Shown here one piece after another: positions 1 through 8,834 of a DNA stretch of 58,609 nucleotides (positions are counted from its first letter, which is position 1; each line of letters begins with the position of its first letter). A program made the position numbers and the translations under genes. Location of the stretch: the IMG/VR virus record IMGVR_UViG_3300027759_003944. The stretch is one strand, 5' to 3'. This DNA is from a virus (taxonomy: Duplodnaviria; Heunggongvirae; Uroviricota; Caudoviricetes). Below the pieces are notes generated by a model, which saw nothing but the letters and a program-made list of their open reading frames with translations, ran no database searches and was not told the DNA's origin.

Positions 1-1
1 T

Positions 2-295
2 TTCTTGCGTGGACGCCTAGAAGAGATTGGCAAACTGTACTTGTTTGAACCCAATGACCAGATCACACGCAATGAGATCACCAACACCGTGAACAGTTTG
101 ATGATTGACCTGGTGGCCAAACGTGCTCTTTATGACTATTTGGTAGTGTGCGACTTGAGCAACAACACTCCTGCACGTATTGACCGCAATGAGTTGTGGG
201 TGGACATTGCTATTGAACCAGTCAAAGCAGTTGAATTTATTTACATTCCCCTGCGTATCAAGAACACTGGAGAGATTTCAGGACTTAATGCTTGA
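2..295 (+). CDS. gp18: Tail sheath protein, C-terminal part (5'-truncated by window)
   Basis: FEPND...VVCDLSNNTPARIDRNELWVDIAIEPVKAVEFIYI is the typical myovirus sheath C-terminus; directly followed by a tube gene. Confidence 0.93.
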   Translation, partial: FLRGRLEEIGKLYLFEPNDQITRNEITNTVNSLMIDLVAKRALYDYLVVCDLSNNTPARIDRNELWVDIAIEPVKAVEFIYIPLRIKNTGEISGLNA

Positions 296-299
296 TGAA

Positions 300-322
300 A
301 ATGACCGGTCTGACCGGTCATT
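300..322 (+). other. Perfect 10-bp hairpin between sheath and tube genes
   Basis: AATGACCGGT-CTG-ACCGGTCATT; no long U-tract; followed by TAAATA at 330-335. Confidence 0.6.
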
Positions 323-358
323 AAATTAGGTAAATAAAAACAACAGGAGATATAACAA

Positions 359-994
359 ATGGCAGTTTCATCATTACAGAGAATGACAGTACCGTTAGCC
401 AGCGATCAAAGTTCGCCAACACAAGGTCTGTTGATGCCCAAGCTCAAATATCGCTTTAGAGTGATGTTTGAGAATTTTGGTGTAAGCACACCAAGAACAG
501 AATTGACCAAACAGGTGATAAGTTTTGCTAGACCTAACGTGACGTTTGAAGAGATTGCAATACCAATCTACAACTCAACATTGAAACTGGCTGGCAAGCA
601 CTCATGGGCACCTACTTCATGCGAAATTCGTGATGATGCATCAGGTGCTGTGAGCAAGTTAGTCGGTGAGCAACTACAGAAACAAATGGACTTTTTAGAA
701 ATGAGTTCTGCTGCTTCTGGTATTGACTACAAGTTCACAACCAAGGTTGAAATCCTTGACGGTGGCAACGGTGCCAATACTCCTGTGGTACTTGAAACTT
801 GGGAACTGTATGGCTGCTATCTTGCTGGTGCTGACTACGGCGCATTGAACTACAGTGAAAATGCTCCAGTATCAATTACCATGAGCATTGTGTACGACAA
901 CGCCAACCAAACACCAGAAGGCACTGGAGTTGGTACTGCACTTGGAGCATCTTTACGTGATGCATTTGGATCGGTAACCGGCGCAGGTGTCTAA
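359..994 (+). CDS. gp19: Tail tube protein
   Basis: Follows sheath; PKLKYRFRV...WELYGCY...YSENAPVSITMSIVYDNA tube-type motifs; AGGAG RBS and TAAATA upstream. Confidence 0.88.
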   Translation: MAVSSLQRMTVPLASDQSSPTQGLLMPKLKYRFRVMFENFGVSTPRTELTKQVISFARPNVTFEEIAIPIYNSTLKLAGKHSWAPTSCEIRDDASGAVSKLVGEQLQKQMDFLEMSSAASGIDYKFTTKVEILDGGNGANTPVVLETWELYGCYLAGADYGALNYSENAPVSITMSIVYDNANQTPEGTGVGTALGASLRDAFGSVTGAGV

Positions 995-996
995 AC

Positions 997-2235
997 ATGT
1001 CATTTTTTGGACAAAACTTTCTTAAAGGTATAGATCCAAATTTTGGCGCCAACTTAAAAAGTGGTTTCTTAGGCAACAACATCTTGCGTGATTACCAACA
1101 CGCAAGCCGTACATTTACCACCAACGCTTACGAACTCAAGCCTCGGTACAAGTTTCTCTTCCATGTTAGTTTTACACTGAACACAGATCAGATACCTTTC
1201 CTGCGAGGTGCGTTTGGCAACGATGACCAGGCCAATCTAAGCCTAGCAGTAAAGACCATTGACTTGCCAAAGTACAACATTGAAACAGAAACACTGAATC
1301 AATACAATCGCAAAAGAATCATTCAGAAAAAACTCAACTACGATCCAATCAATGTGACCTTGCATGATACCAGTGGCGATTTGGTTCGCAAAATGTGGTA
1401 CTACTACATGAACTATTACTACAAAGATTCTTCGCAACGTTACTTAGACCCCAACAATACCAATGGCAGTAACGGTGCTGATGCACAGCGTCAGGCAGGC
1501 TTTGGCTACAATGCCAGAGACATCTATGCCAAAGAACGTGTGGGCAATGTCAATGACTGGGGATTCATTGGCGAAGCATTCAACGACGGATCAACCAATG
1601 GTGTTGCCGGCGGCAAGCCTGCGTTTTTTAGAGACATCAGAATCTATGGCATGGACCAACGCAAATTTGCCGAGTATGTGTTGATCAATCCGCTGATTAC
1701 CAGTTGGAGTCATGATCAGTACAACTATGCTGAAGGTGGCGGCACCATGCAAAATTCAATGACCATTGCTTACGAAACTGTGAAATACTATTCAGGTGCA
1801 GTGGGCCGAGCACAAGCAGGCGGCGATCCCAATGTTCAAGGTTTTGCCACAGATGCACACTATGACAAAACTCTCAGCCCCATTGCTAGACCGGGCTCCA
1901 ACGCCACAGTATTTGGCCAAGGTGGGTTGCTGGAAACAGGTGCTGGTATCATTGGCGACTTACAAAGTGGAAGTGTATTGGGACTGATCGGAGCTGCACA
2001 AAAAGCCGCAAGACTCGACAAAACATTCAAAGGCAAAAATCTTGCTGCCATTGCCAAGAGTGAGGCTGTGGCACTAGGCACACAAACGTTGCAACAAGGC
2101 TTGCCTGCTGCCACCAAGGCAGTGGCTAATAAGGCCGACGGTTGGATTTTCCCCACACAGACATTCAACAGAAACAACGCTGGGCCCAATCAAACGCAGG
2201 CAGAGACCAATAGGTTATTAAATACAAGACGATGA
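997..2235 (+). CDS. Tail-tube-fold protein (baseplate/tube junction, gp48/gp54-like)
   Basis: KPRYKFLFHVSF, VKTIDLPKYNI, NPLITSWSHDQYNY...MTIAYETVKY parallel the adjacent tube protein; tail module context. Confidence 0.6.
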   Translation: MSFFGQNFLKGIDPNFGANLKSGFLGNNILRDYQHASRTFTTNAYELKPRYKFLFHVSFTLNTDQIPFLRGAFGNDDQANLSLAVKTIDLPKYNIETETLNQYNRKRIIQKKLNYDPINVTLHDTSGDLVRKMWYYYMNYYYKDSSQRYLDPNNTNGSNGADAQRQAGFGYNARDIYAKERVGNVNDWGFIGEAFNDGSTNGVAGGKPAFFRDIRIYGMDQRKFAEYVLINPLITSWSHDQYNYAEGGGTMQNSMTIAYETVKYYSGAVGRAQAGGDPNVQGFATDAHYDKTLSPIARPGSNATVFGQGGLLETGAGIIGDLQSGSVLGLIGAAQKAARLDKTFKGKNLAAIAKSEAVALGTQTLQQGLPAATKAVANKADGWIFPTQTFNRNNAGPNQTQAETNRLLNTRR

Positions 2236-2591
2236 GCACTGTAAATTATACCAACCCCAATGTAGATTTGACTGTGAGAGTGTTTGACAACTTCTACGCC
2301 TATGACACCAATGTGCCCGCAGCGGAGTACGACATAGTTTACAGTTATTTTTTAAGCACAATGAGCACCCGACAGGCTGCTGGCAACTTCACTGTGAGTT
2401 TGTTCAGAGTGGCAGAAACCACTGGTATATCGCCCTTGACCTTGCTGGACGAGTTCAAAGGTCAGAACGGCATCAATCTCAGTGCCAGCCTAGCCTACTA
2501 CCTCAATGCCATTCGCAGTGCTGCCACACTGTTGGGTGTGGGGGTTGCGGTGGTACCCAACGTCTATCAGGCCAGAAACGTGTTGTTATGA
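2232..2591 (+). CDS. Hypothetical protein (virion module)
   Basis: 119 aa ORF with ATGA overlaps on both sides. Confidence 0.7.
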   Translation: MSTVNYTNPNVDLTVRVFDNFYAYDTNVPAAEYDIVYSYFLSTMSTRQAAGNFTVSLFRVAETTGISPLTLLDEFKGQNGINLSASLAYYLNAIRSAATLLGVGVAVVPNVYQARNVLL

Positions 2592-3019
2592 GTCGCTGGG
2601 CGCAAGGCAACTATGTCATAATCAATCGTGAAAAGTATGCGGGCAATGGCACACCGCGTTACAGATCAGGATGGGAATTGAGTTTTATGAAGTTCTGCGA
2701 TACCAATGATCATGTGTTGCAGTGGGCAAGTGAGAGTATTGCTATCCCTTATCGCCATCCCATAACAGGCAAGGTCACACAGTATATTCCAGACTTTCTA
2801 ATCACTTATCGCAACAGGGACAATACCATGCGAGCAGAGTTAATTGAAATAAAACCCAAAAGTCAAAGCGTGATCGAGTCAAAAATGAACAGCAGAGATC
2901 GTGCTGTGGTAGCCATCAATTATGCCAAATGGGACGCTGCTACCAAATGGGCCAGAAAAAACGGCCTAACTTTTAGAGTTATCACTGAGAACGATATGTT
3001 TCACAACGGTCGTGCTTGA
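2588..3019 (+). CDS. gp4: Head completion nuclease (T4 gp4-like, TnsA-type PD-(D/E)xK)
   Basis: YRSGWELSFMKFCD...WASE...YIPDF...IEIKP...NYAKWDAA...FRVITE. Confidence 0.88.
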   Translation: MSRWAQGNYVIINREKYAGNGTPRYRSGWELSFMKFCDTNDHVLQWASESIAIPYRHPITGKVTQYIPDFLITYRNRDNTMRAELIEIKPKSQSVIESKMNSRDRAVVAINYAKWDAATKWARKNGLTFRVITENDMFHNGRA

Positions 3020-3033
3020 CCACTAAATAGGGC

Positions 3034-3555
3034 ATGACCCGCAAACTCGAAGAACTTTTTGAATTACCCCCATCCGAAGACGCCCCTGTGGCCGATGCTG
3101 GCACACCCCCTGCAGAAGACCTGCGCAGTCAACTGCAAACCCTAGACGACACCATAGACAAAATTGATGCTGCCTTGCCCGGAGTGCGTGGACTGGAAGC
3201 CAATGACGAAGAAATGGACAGCCTGGCCGAATCAGCCAAAAGCAGTTACAATGATCTCATGGATCTTGGCATGCAAGTGGACTCAAGATTTGCCAGCGAA
3301 ATCTTCTCAGTAGCCAGCAACATGTTGGGACATGCCATCACAGCAAAAACTGCCAAGATGGACAAAAAGCTCAAAATGATTGATCTACAGTTGAAGAAAA
3401 TGCGACTGAACCAACAACAAGCCATGATAGATGCCAAGGCCGCAGAAGCCGGCGACGGCGAAGCCATGCCGACAGCACAGGGCATGGTGCTGAGTCGCAA
3501 TGACTTGCTGGATCGGTTGTTGGCCAGCAAAGATCAAAAAGATAAAAAAGAATAA
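3034..3555 (+). CDS. Hypothetical helical protein, possible terminase small subunit
   Basis: Coiled-coil-like 173 aa; TAAATA 4 nt upstream; function guessed from size and late context only. Confidence 0.5.
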   Translation: MTRKLEELFELPPSEDAPVADAGTPPAEDLRSQLQTLDDTIDKIDAALPGVRGLEANDEEMDSLAESAKSSYNDLMDLGMQVDSRFASEIFSVASNMLGHAITAKTAKMDKKLKMIDLQLKKMRLNQQQAMIDAKAAEAGDGEAMPTAQGMVLSRNDLLDRLLASKDQKDKKE

Positions 3556-3575
3556 ATATGTTACAGGAACCTGAT

Positions 3576-4184
3576 ATGAAAAATTTTGCCCATTACCTCG
3601 CCGAAAGCGAACGTACCTACAACTATCGTATCAAAATGCTGGGCAAACCGCCCGGTGATTTGGTATCGCAGTTGAAGAAAAAGTTGGATCAATTTGATCC
3701 TGTAAAGATGAGTGATCCTCGGACCACTCCTATACAGATTGTGCCCACTGACTTCCCCAACAACAAAAATGACTCAGTAACAATGTTTGACGTGAGTTTC
3801 CGGTATCCAGCCATTGAGCCACAGATCAAACAATTGGCACAGTTGCTGGGACTTGACCCCAATCATGTGATCATGCAGACCACACCACACGTGGATGGCT
3901 TGGTAGATGAGTATGAAAAAATTGATGCTGAAAACAAAGACCTGTTGGGTGACACAGACTATCCTGCTCCTGACGCAGAACAAAAGGCATTGAAGAAAGA
4001 CTACTCAACTGGTCCTTATGATCATGCTGTGTTGAAAAATGCCTACCGCAGTGACTTCACTATTGCTGGTGGTAAAACACCGCCAGCCAAGACCACAAAT
4101 GATATTCCAACGGGCAATAAGAGCCCAATGAGCAAGATCAATCGCCCACCCAAGCCAGCCACTGGCGCCAACCCAAGAGGATAA
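3576..4184 (+). CDS. Putative virion/internal head protein
   Basis: Preferred start MKNFAHYLAE resembles T4 capsid-targeting sequence; TAAATA at 3553 and AGGA RBS. Confidence 0.6.
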   Translation: MKNFAHYLAESERTYNYRIKMLGKPPGDLVSQLKKKLDQFDPVKMSDPRTTPIQIVPTDFPNNKNDSVTMFDVSFRYPAIEPQIKQLAQLLGLDPNHVIMQTTPHVDGLVDEYEKIDAENKDLLGDTDYPAPDAEQKALKKDYSTGPYDHAVLKNAYRSDFTIAGGKTPPAKTTNDIPTGNKSPMSKINRPPKPATGANPRG

Positions 4185-4188
4185 TACA

Positions 4189-7038
4189 ATGAGTTTCTTT
4201 TACGATTTAAACAAAAAACTAGACGCCATCCGCCAAACACCAAGCAAGACACATGGTCAATTGAACGAGCGTGACATGGGCAAGCACAACAATGCTACCA
4301 CTGGCTTCAAAGCCGTAGCCGACAAAGCGGCCAAAGAATACGGCAGCAAAGCCGCTGGTGAGCGTGTGGCTGGTGCACAATTTCAAAAGATGAAAAAAGC
4401 CGGACAGTTGGAAGAAGAAGGCTTTCCAGCGATTCAAGCGGCCCGTAAAAAGTATGGTGATGACGGCCTGGAGGCTTTGCGAAACAAAAAGGCAGCAGGT
4501 GCCAGCAAAAAAACAATGCAGGCCACCCGCAAAGAATATGACAAGTATGATAATGAAGAAGTAAATGAAGAGTCTGGCGAGTGGAGCAAGATTCCTGTTG
4601 GAGTAATTGACGGACCTGGCGGCTACGAAGGGGCACAGCAACGTATACAAGATTACGAATCTGGTAACATCAATCGAGATGGTAAAAAACTTCCTCCAGT
4701 GGTTGACAGATCTCGACCAGCCGACAGCCCAACAGTGTATGACTACAGAGGTAAACCAGAAGAATATGCCAGTCCTCCTGGGTGGAAAGGAAAATATATT
4801 CCCCCAGTTGTTGACAGATCTCGTTCGGCCACAGATGAAAGCGGAGGCCCATCTGCTGCTGCAAAACCAACCAAACCAGCCACCCAAGCGCCTGCCAAGC
4901 CCAGCAAGCCAGCCCCCAAAGGCGAATTCATGGGCACTATCAAAGGTGGCGTATGGACTGCTGATCCACCCAAGCCAGGCGAAAGAGGAGTTCCAGCACC
5001 CAGTGGAGATCCTGAAGGCGTGCCAGAGTCTGGTGCTCCAATGACCGCCAAACAAAAGTCATTTGCCAAACTGGCACCTCCTGCAAACAAAATCACTTTT
5101 GCTGACAAGATTGCTGGAGCCAAAAAAGAAGTTGATGAAATGCTGGGCGATGTGGCTGCTGAAGCCATGCGTAATGCATTGAGTCCAAAGCAAAAGAAAA
5201 TGGCTGCATTGGGCGGCGACCCAAAAAGAATTGATGGTCCTGATTTAGCCGCACTACGCAAAGGTGCCAAGATGGGCGAAGACAATGCATTTGACTACAA
5301 GTCACCAAGAAAAGATGCACCACGAGTTGGCAGCGTTGAACGTGGACATAAACACGATATCAAACACACCGCCACTGGCCGTATGGTCACACGCCGTACA
5401 GATGACCAAGGCAATTCAGTTGGCGCAGATGATGACACAGATGCACAACAAGCACCACGTGGACGTGGCAGACCAAAAGGTACCAAAGGGGCTATTGGTG
5501 CCAAGGGACCAAGTGGCAAGTCAAAGTTGATGACTCGAGAAGGTGATTTGAGTATCACTGACCAAGGCGAGTACGATCAAGAAGGCGACATGGCCAAAGA
5601 CGACATCAAGACCATTGTGCGTCATGCACAGGCCTTGAGTAGAGTTCTAGGCGACAACGACAACTTGCCAGAATGGGTACAATCAAAACTGGCCAAGATT
5701 GAAGGCATGATGATCAGCATCGACGAGTACATGCAAAATCAAGCCAGCGACGATGGCGAAGAAGAACCCATTGCTGAAAAAGCAGTGAGCAAGAAACAAC
5801 AACGTTTCATGGGCATGGTGCATGCAGCACAAAAGGGCGAAAAGCCTGCCAGCAAAGAAGTTGGCAAAGTGGCCAAGACCATGAAAAAGTCTGACGCTGA
5901 AGATTTTGCCAAGACCAAGCACAAAGGCTTGCCAGAAAAAGCCAAAAAGAAAGAAGTTGATGAGAACTCTGACCAAGGCAGATTGACCACTACACAAACT
6001 AGCCCTGGGCAAAGTTATACAACCAGTAGCACCGGAAGAGTCAGTGCAACCATTGGCAATGGTAAAATGACTGTCAAACCAGGCAAACCAGACAAACCGA
6101 TGGACGATGACGTGGATACAGCATCCTCATCTACCAAGGATACCTCCTCAACCAAGTCCAACAGCATGGTTGGCAAAGGCATTTATGATTCAATGAATCG
6201 TGAACTGGAACTGATGATTGCCGAATCAATGAGTATCAACATGAGTGACTCAACAGAAGGCAATCAAAGCCTTACTGTCACAGCCACAGATGAAGATGCC
6301 ATGCGACTGGCCATGATGCTGAAGTCAGCAGGATTAGGCGGCCAAGGTCGTGAATTACAAGGCGATGAATCATGCTCAACCTGCGGTATGCAAGATTGTG
6401 GTTGTGGAGATGTACACGAAGCAGTGGACGAAAATGCTCCTGATTGGCCTACTAACACTGAACAAGCCGACAACAACTTTGGTTATGCAGGTGGCTTGAA
6501 CAAGCCCAAGACTGACGTGGCTGGTGATGGACAAACTACCACTCCCAACCAAGCGGTTCATACACAAGAAGAAGACGCACTACGTAGAATGATGGAGCAG
6601 GCTGGCATCAAAATTAAAAATAATCTAGGGCCAACATCTCCTGAAATTGCTCGTATGTCAAAAGACGAAGTAGATGCTGCATTGAAATCAGGCATAAGTC
6701 CCAATACTGCTCGTATGTCAAAAGACGAAGTAGATGCTGCATTGAAATCAGGCATGCGTCCAGATACTTCTGACATGAATCCTGATGGAGTGTATGGTGG
6801 AAGTGGCAGCAGCAACGATCCTCCACAGTACGAGGACAGTATTCGTCGTATGAGAGAAATGGCTGGTATCAAAGAAGCCAAAAAACAAGTTGATCAAAAC
6901 GGCGATGGCAAGAACGATTTTGAAGATATAAAAATTGCTCGAATGAAAGCCAGCGGAGCCATTGACGACAAAGAAGAAAAGAAAGTTGATGAAAGCATTT
7001 TTGCTCTCACCAACCAATGGCGAGCATACAAGGGGTAA
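4189..7038 (+). CDS. Large modular low-complexity protein, putative internal head polyprotein (DUF3008-like module, AT-hook, EF-hand-like motif)
   Basis: 949 aa; modules separated by hydrophobic-x-E motifs; KAVSKKQQRFMGMV...FAKTKHKGLPEK; PRGRGRPKG; DQNGDGKNDFED. Confidence 0.65.
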   Translation: MSFFYDLNKKLDAIRQTPSKTHGQLNERDMGKHNNATTGFKAVADKAAKEYGSKAAGERVAGAQFQKMKKAGQLEEEGFPAIQAARKKYGDDGLEALRNKKAAGASKKTMQATRKEYDKYDNEEVNEESGEWSKIPVGVIDGPGGYEGAQQRIQDYESGNINRDGKKLPPVVDRSRPADSPTVYDYRGKPEEYASPPGWKGKYIPPVVDRSRSATDESGGPSAAAKPTKPATQAPAKPSKPAPKGEFMGTIKGGVWTADPPKPGERGVPAPSGDPEGVPESGAPMTAKQKSFAKLAPPANKITFADKIAGAKKEVDEMLGDVAAEAMRNALSPKQKKMAALGGDPKRIDGPDLAALRKGAKMGEDNAFDYKSPRKDAPRVGSVERGHKHDIKHTATGRMVTRRTDDQGNSVGADDDTDAQQAPRGRGRPKGTKGAIGAKGPSGKSKLMTREGDLSITDQGEYDQEGDMAKDDIKTIVRHAQALSRVLGDNDNLPEWVQSKLAKIEGMMISIDEYMQNQASDDGEEEPIAEKAVSKKQQRFMGMVHAAQKGEKPASKEVGKVAKTMKKSDAEDFAKTKHKGLPEKAKKKEVDENSDQGRLTTTQTSPGQSYTTSSTGRVSATIGNGKMTVKPGKPDKPMDDDVDTASSSTKDTSSTKSNSMVGKGIYDSMNRELELMIAESMSINMSDSTEGNQSLTVTATDEDAMRLAMMLKSAGLGGQGRELQGDESCSTCGMQDCGCGDVHEAVDENAPDWPTNTEQADNNFGYAGGLNKPKTDVAGDGQTTTPNQAVHTQEEDALRRMMEQAGIKIKNNLGPTSPEIARMSKDEVDAALKSGISPNTARMSKDEVDAALKSGMRPDTSDMNPDGVYGGSGSSNDPPQYEDSIRRMREMAGIKEAKKQVDQNGDGKNDFEDIKIARMKASGAIDDKEEKKVDESIFALTNQWRAYKG
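6648..6755 (+). repeat. Identical 48-nt direct repeat with 60-nt period (ARMSKDEVDAALKSG x2)
   Basis: tgctcgtatgtcaaaagacgaagtagatgctgcattgaaatcaggcat at 6648-6695 and 6708-6755. Confidence 0.95.
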
Positions 7039-7041
7039 ATC

Positions 7042-7215
7042 ATGATGAGACCATACAGTGAAGTGGCAGCAGAAATTGCACAGCGTAATGCCAACAATTA
7101 CGTGCCGCCTGCCGTTCCCGCAGTAAAACAAACACCTGTGGAGATTCCGGGTGTGATGTATCAAGCACGAGAACTATTTCAACCCATAGTCTCCAAACCT
7201 GAAGGTAGCAAATAA
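7042..7215 (+). CDS. Small hypothetical protein (57 aa, below ORF-track cutoff)
   Basis: MMRPYSEVAAEIAQRN...SKPEGSK*; AGGGG RBS; fills the gap exactly and its TAA overlaps the next ATG. Confidence 0.7.
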   Translation: MMRPYSEVAAEIAQRNANNYVPPAVPAVKQTPVEIPGVMYQARELFQPIVSKPEGSK

Positions 7216-7562
7216 TGGCAACCACGACACAAGTTGTAAACGCTGTAGGCAACGTAGCATGGACCACAGATAAAGTGGAATTCGCTACATCACTCAGCAA
7301 CGTGACATTTCAAGTCAGTGCAGTGCAGTTGACCTATAAAGAAGCCAATGGCAACACGGCCAACGCCACAATGACCACTCCAGTGGGCAATTTGTATGCC
7401 AATGCCATCAGTGTTCCTGGCAATGCTGTGGCACAATACTATGTGGGTGCTGGCAACTACTTGAATATTCTCACAGGTACCGGCGGTTTTACTGCCACTG
7501 CCCTGGGCACAGCAACCTCGGCCACAGCAGCCAGCAATGGTATAGCAACTCCAGCCACATAA
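7215..7562 (+). CDS. Thr/Ala/Asn-rich putative virion protein
   Basis: 115 aa beta-rich composition, late module. Confidence 0.6.
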   Translation: MATTTQVVNAVGNVAWTTDKVEFATSLSNVTFQVSAVQLTYKEANGNTANATMTTPVGNLYANAISVPGNAVAQYYVGAGNYLNILTGTGGFTATALGTATSATAASNGIATPAT

Positions 7563-7563
7563 C

Positions 7564-7935
7564 ATGAGAGCACAAGAGTTTGTTGCTGAAGACCGTGTTG
7601 GCAAAATTAGCAAAAGACTTGACATAGGCACAGTGGGCCTGCACAAGTTTCGTGATGCGCAATTTGCTGACCGTACCTACGAACTCAATCGTATCATGAT
7701 GGCCGTAGCTTCAACTGACGGCACTTTTGTGCCCGAACTAGATGGCGAGTCATGGGCAGGCCGCAACAACATTGCCGCACCGTACACTCCTGAAGAACAA
7801 GACATGCTGAAAATGGCCTACAAGGCCATTGGCAGCCACCATGAAGATTTGAATCACGGTGACTTGCGCAGTCAAGAACATCCTGCGGTGAACACCACTA
7901 GTCCTGTGTCAGCGTTCAAAGGCTACCCACGATGA
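7564..7935 (+). CDS. Putative internal head protein (paralog A)
   Basis: Starts MRAQEFVAE, ends PVSAFKGYPR; paralogous to 8429..8815. Confidence 0.65.
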   Translation: MRAQEFVAEDRVGKISKRLDIGTVGLHKFRDAQFADRTYELNRIMMAVASTDGTFVPELDGESWAGRNNIAAPYTPEEQDMLKMAYKAIGSHHEDLNHGDLRSQEHPAVNTTSPVSAFKGYPR

Positions 7936-8432
7936 GCATGCATTCTGCAGCCGAAGTTGATGCTCATATCAAATCTTGGATAGAGCATGTCAGCCAACCT
8001 CAAGAACAGTTGGGCAATATGCCTGTTTGTCCATTTGCTAAAAAAGCAGTGTATCAAATCATCAACACAGAATTAAATATGATGGCAGTTCCTGCCGTAG
8101 ATTTTAAACTGGTAATTTATATTTTGCCTGATGAAGTAACAAATCAACAGATGACCGAACGTTGTTTACAGTTAAATTCTCAAAATCCTGAATATGTGTT
8201 TCTACCCGATCACAAAAACAATCGCGCCTATGTTAAAGGTGTGTTGACCAACAACTGCAAATACAATTTGGTAATGTGCCAGCCCAAAGTAGAAATAGAA
8301 AAAAGCAGAGAAAGTTTGTTGAAAACCAAGTACCATACATTCTTTGATGATGATTACTGGAATCAACAATCTGATTATAAATCCATTATTCCTGATAATC
8401 ACTGGGATAAAACAGTGGAGACAGCAGCATGA
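7932..8432 (+). CDS. Hypothetical protein with PVCPFA motif
   Basis: 166 aa, AT-richer, ATGA overlaps with both flanking paralogs. Confidence 0.65.
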   Translation: MSMHSAAEVDAHIKSWIEHVSQPQEQLGNMPVCPFAKKAVYQIINTELNMMAVPAVDFKLVIYILPDEVTNQQMTERCLQLNSQNPEYVFLPDHKNNRAYVKGVLTNNCKYNLVMCQPKVEIEKSRESLLKTKYHTFFDDDYWNQQSDYKSIIPDNHWDKTVETAA

Positions 8433-8815
8433 GAGCACGAGAGTTTATCACTGAACAAACAACGCTGCCTCCTGAGCAAGCTGATCCCATGAATCATGTG
8501 TTCACATTGCCTGGGGTACAATCCAGCGATCCATATCAGATTTATCGACTGGGCGTGGCCATGGCCCGTGCCAGAAGTGATGCTGGCACAGATGGCATTG
8601 CTGACAACTTTCCAGACTGGTCGCCCAAAGCTGCATTTGGAGAAGAAGCAGTGATTGGTGGTTTTAATGCTACTATTGAACCCATAATTGATCAGGCATT
8701 GAAAATGGCTGGCTTGCCTGCTAAAAAAGTACAAATCAGCACACCAAACAGTTTAGAACCTGCGTCTGTACTGAAACAAAGCCCTGTAAAACCATTTGCC
8801 GGCTATCCTCGTTAA
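8429..8815 (+). CDS. Putative internal head protein (paralog B)
   Basis: Starts MRAREFITE, ends PVKPFAGYPR. Confidence 0.65.
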   Translation: MRAREFITEQTTLPPEQADPMNHVFTLPGVQSSDPYQIYRLGVAMARARSDAGTDGIADNFPDWSPKAAFGEEAVIGGFNATIEPIIDQALKMAGLPAKKVQISTPNSLEPASVLKQSPVKPFAGYPR

Positions 8816-8834
8816 CCAATCAATAAATATCAAT

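Noticed and set aside
2588-3019. TnsA-like nuclease as evidence of a Tn7 element
   Set aside because: Motifs and context match the T4 gp4 head-completion protein; no other transposon genes
4219-5285. Long antisense ORFs (278 and 180 aa) and similar ones opposite 50477-52150
   Set aside because: Shadows of low-complexity or codon-biased genes on the other strand
6648-6755. 48-nt repeat with 60-nt period as a CRISPR array
   Set aside because: Only two copies, 12-nt spacer, in frame within a CDS, no cas genes
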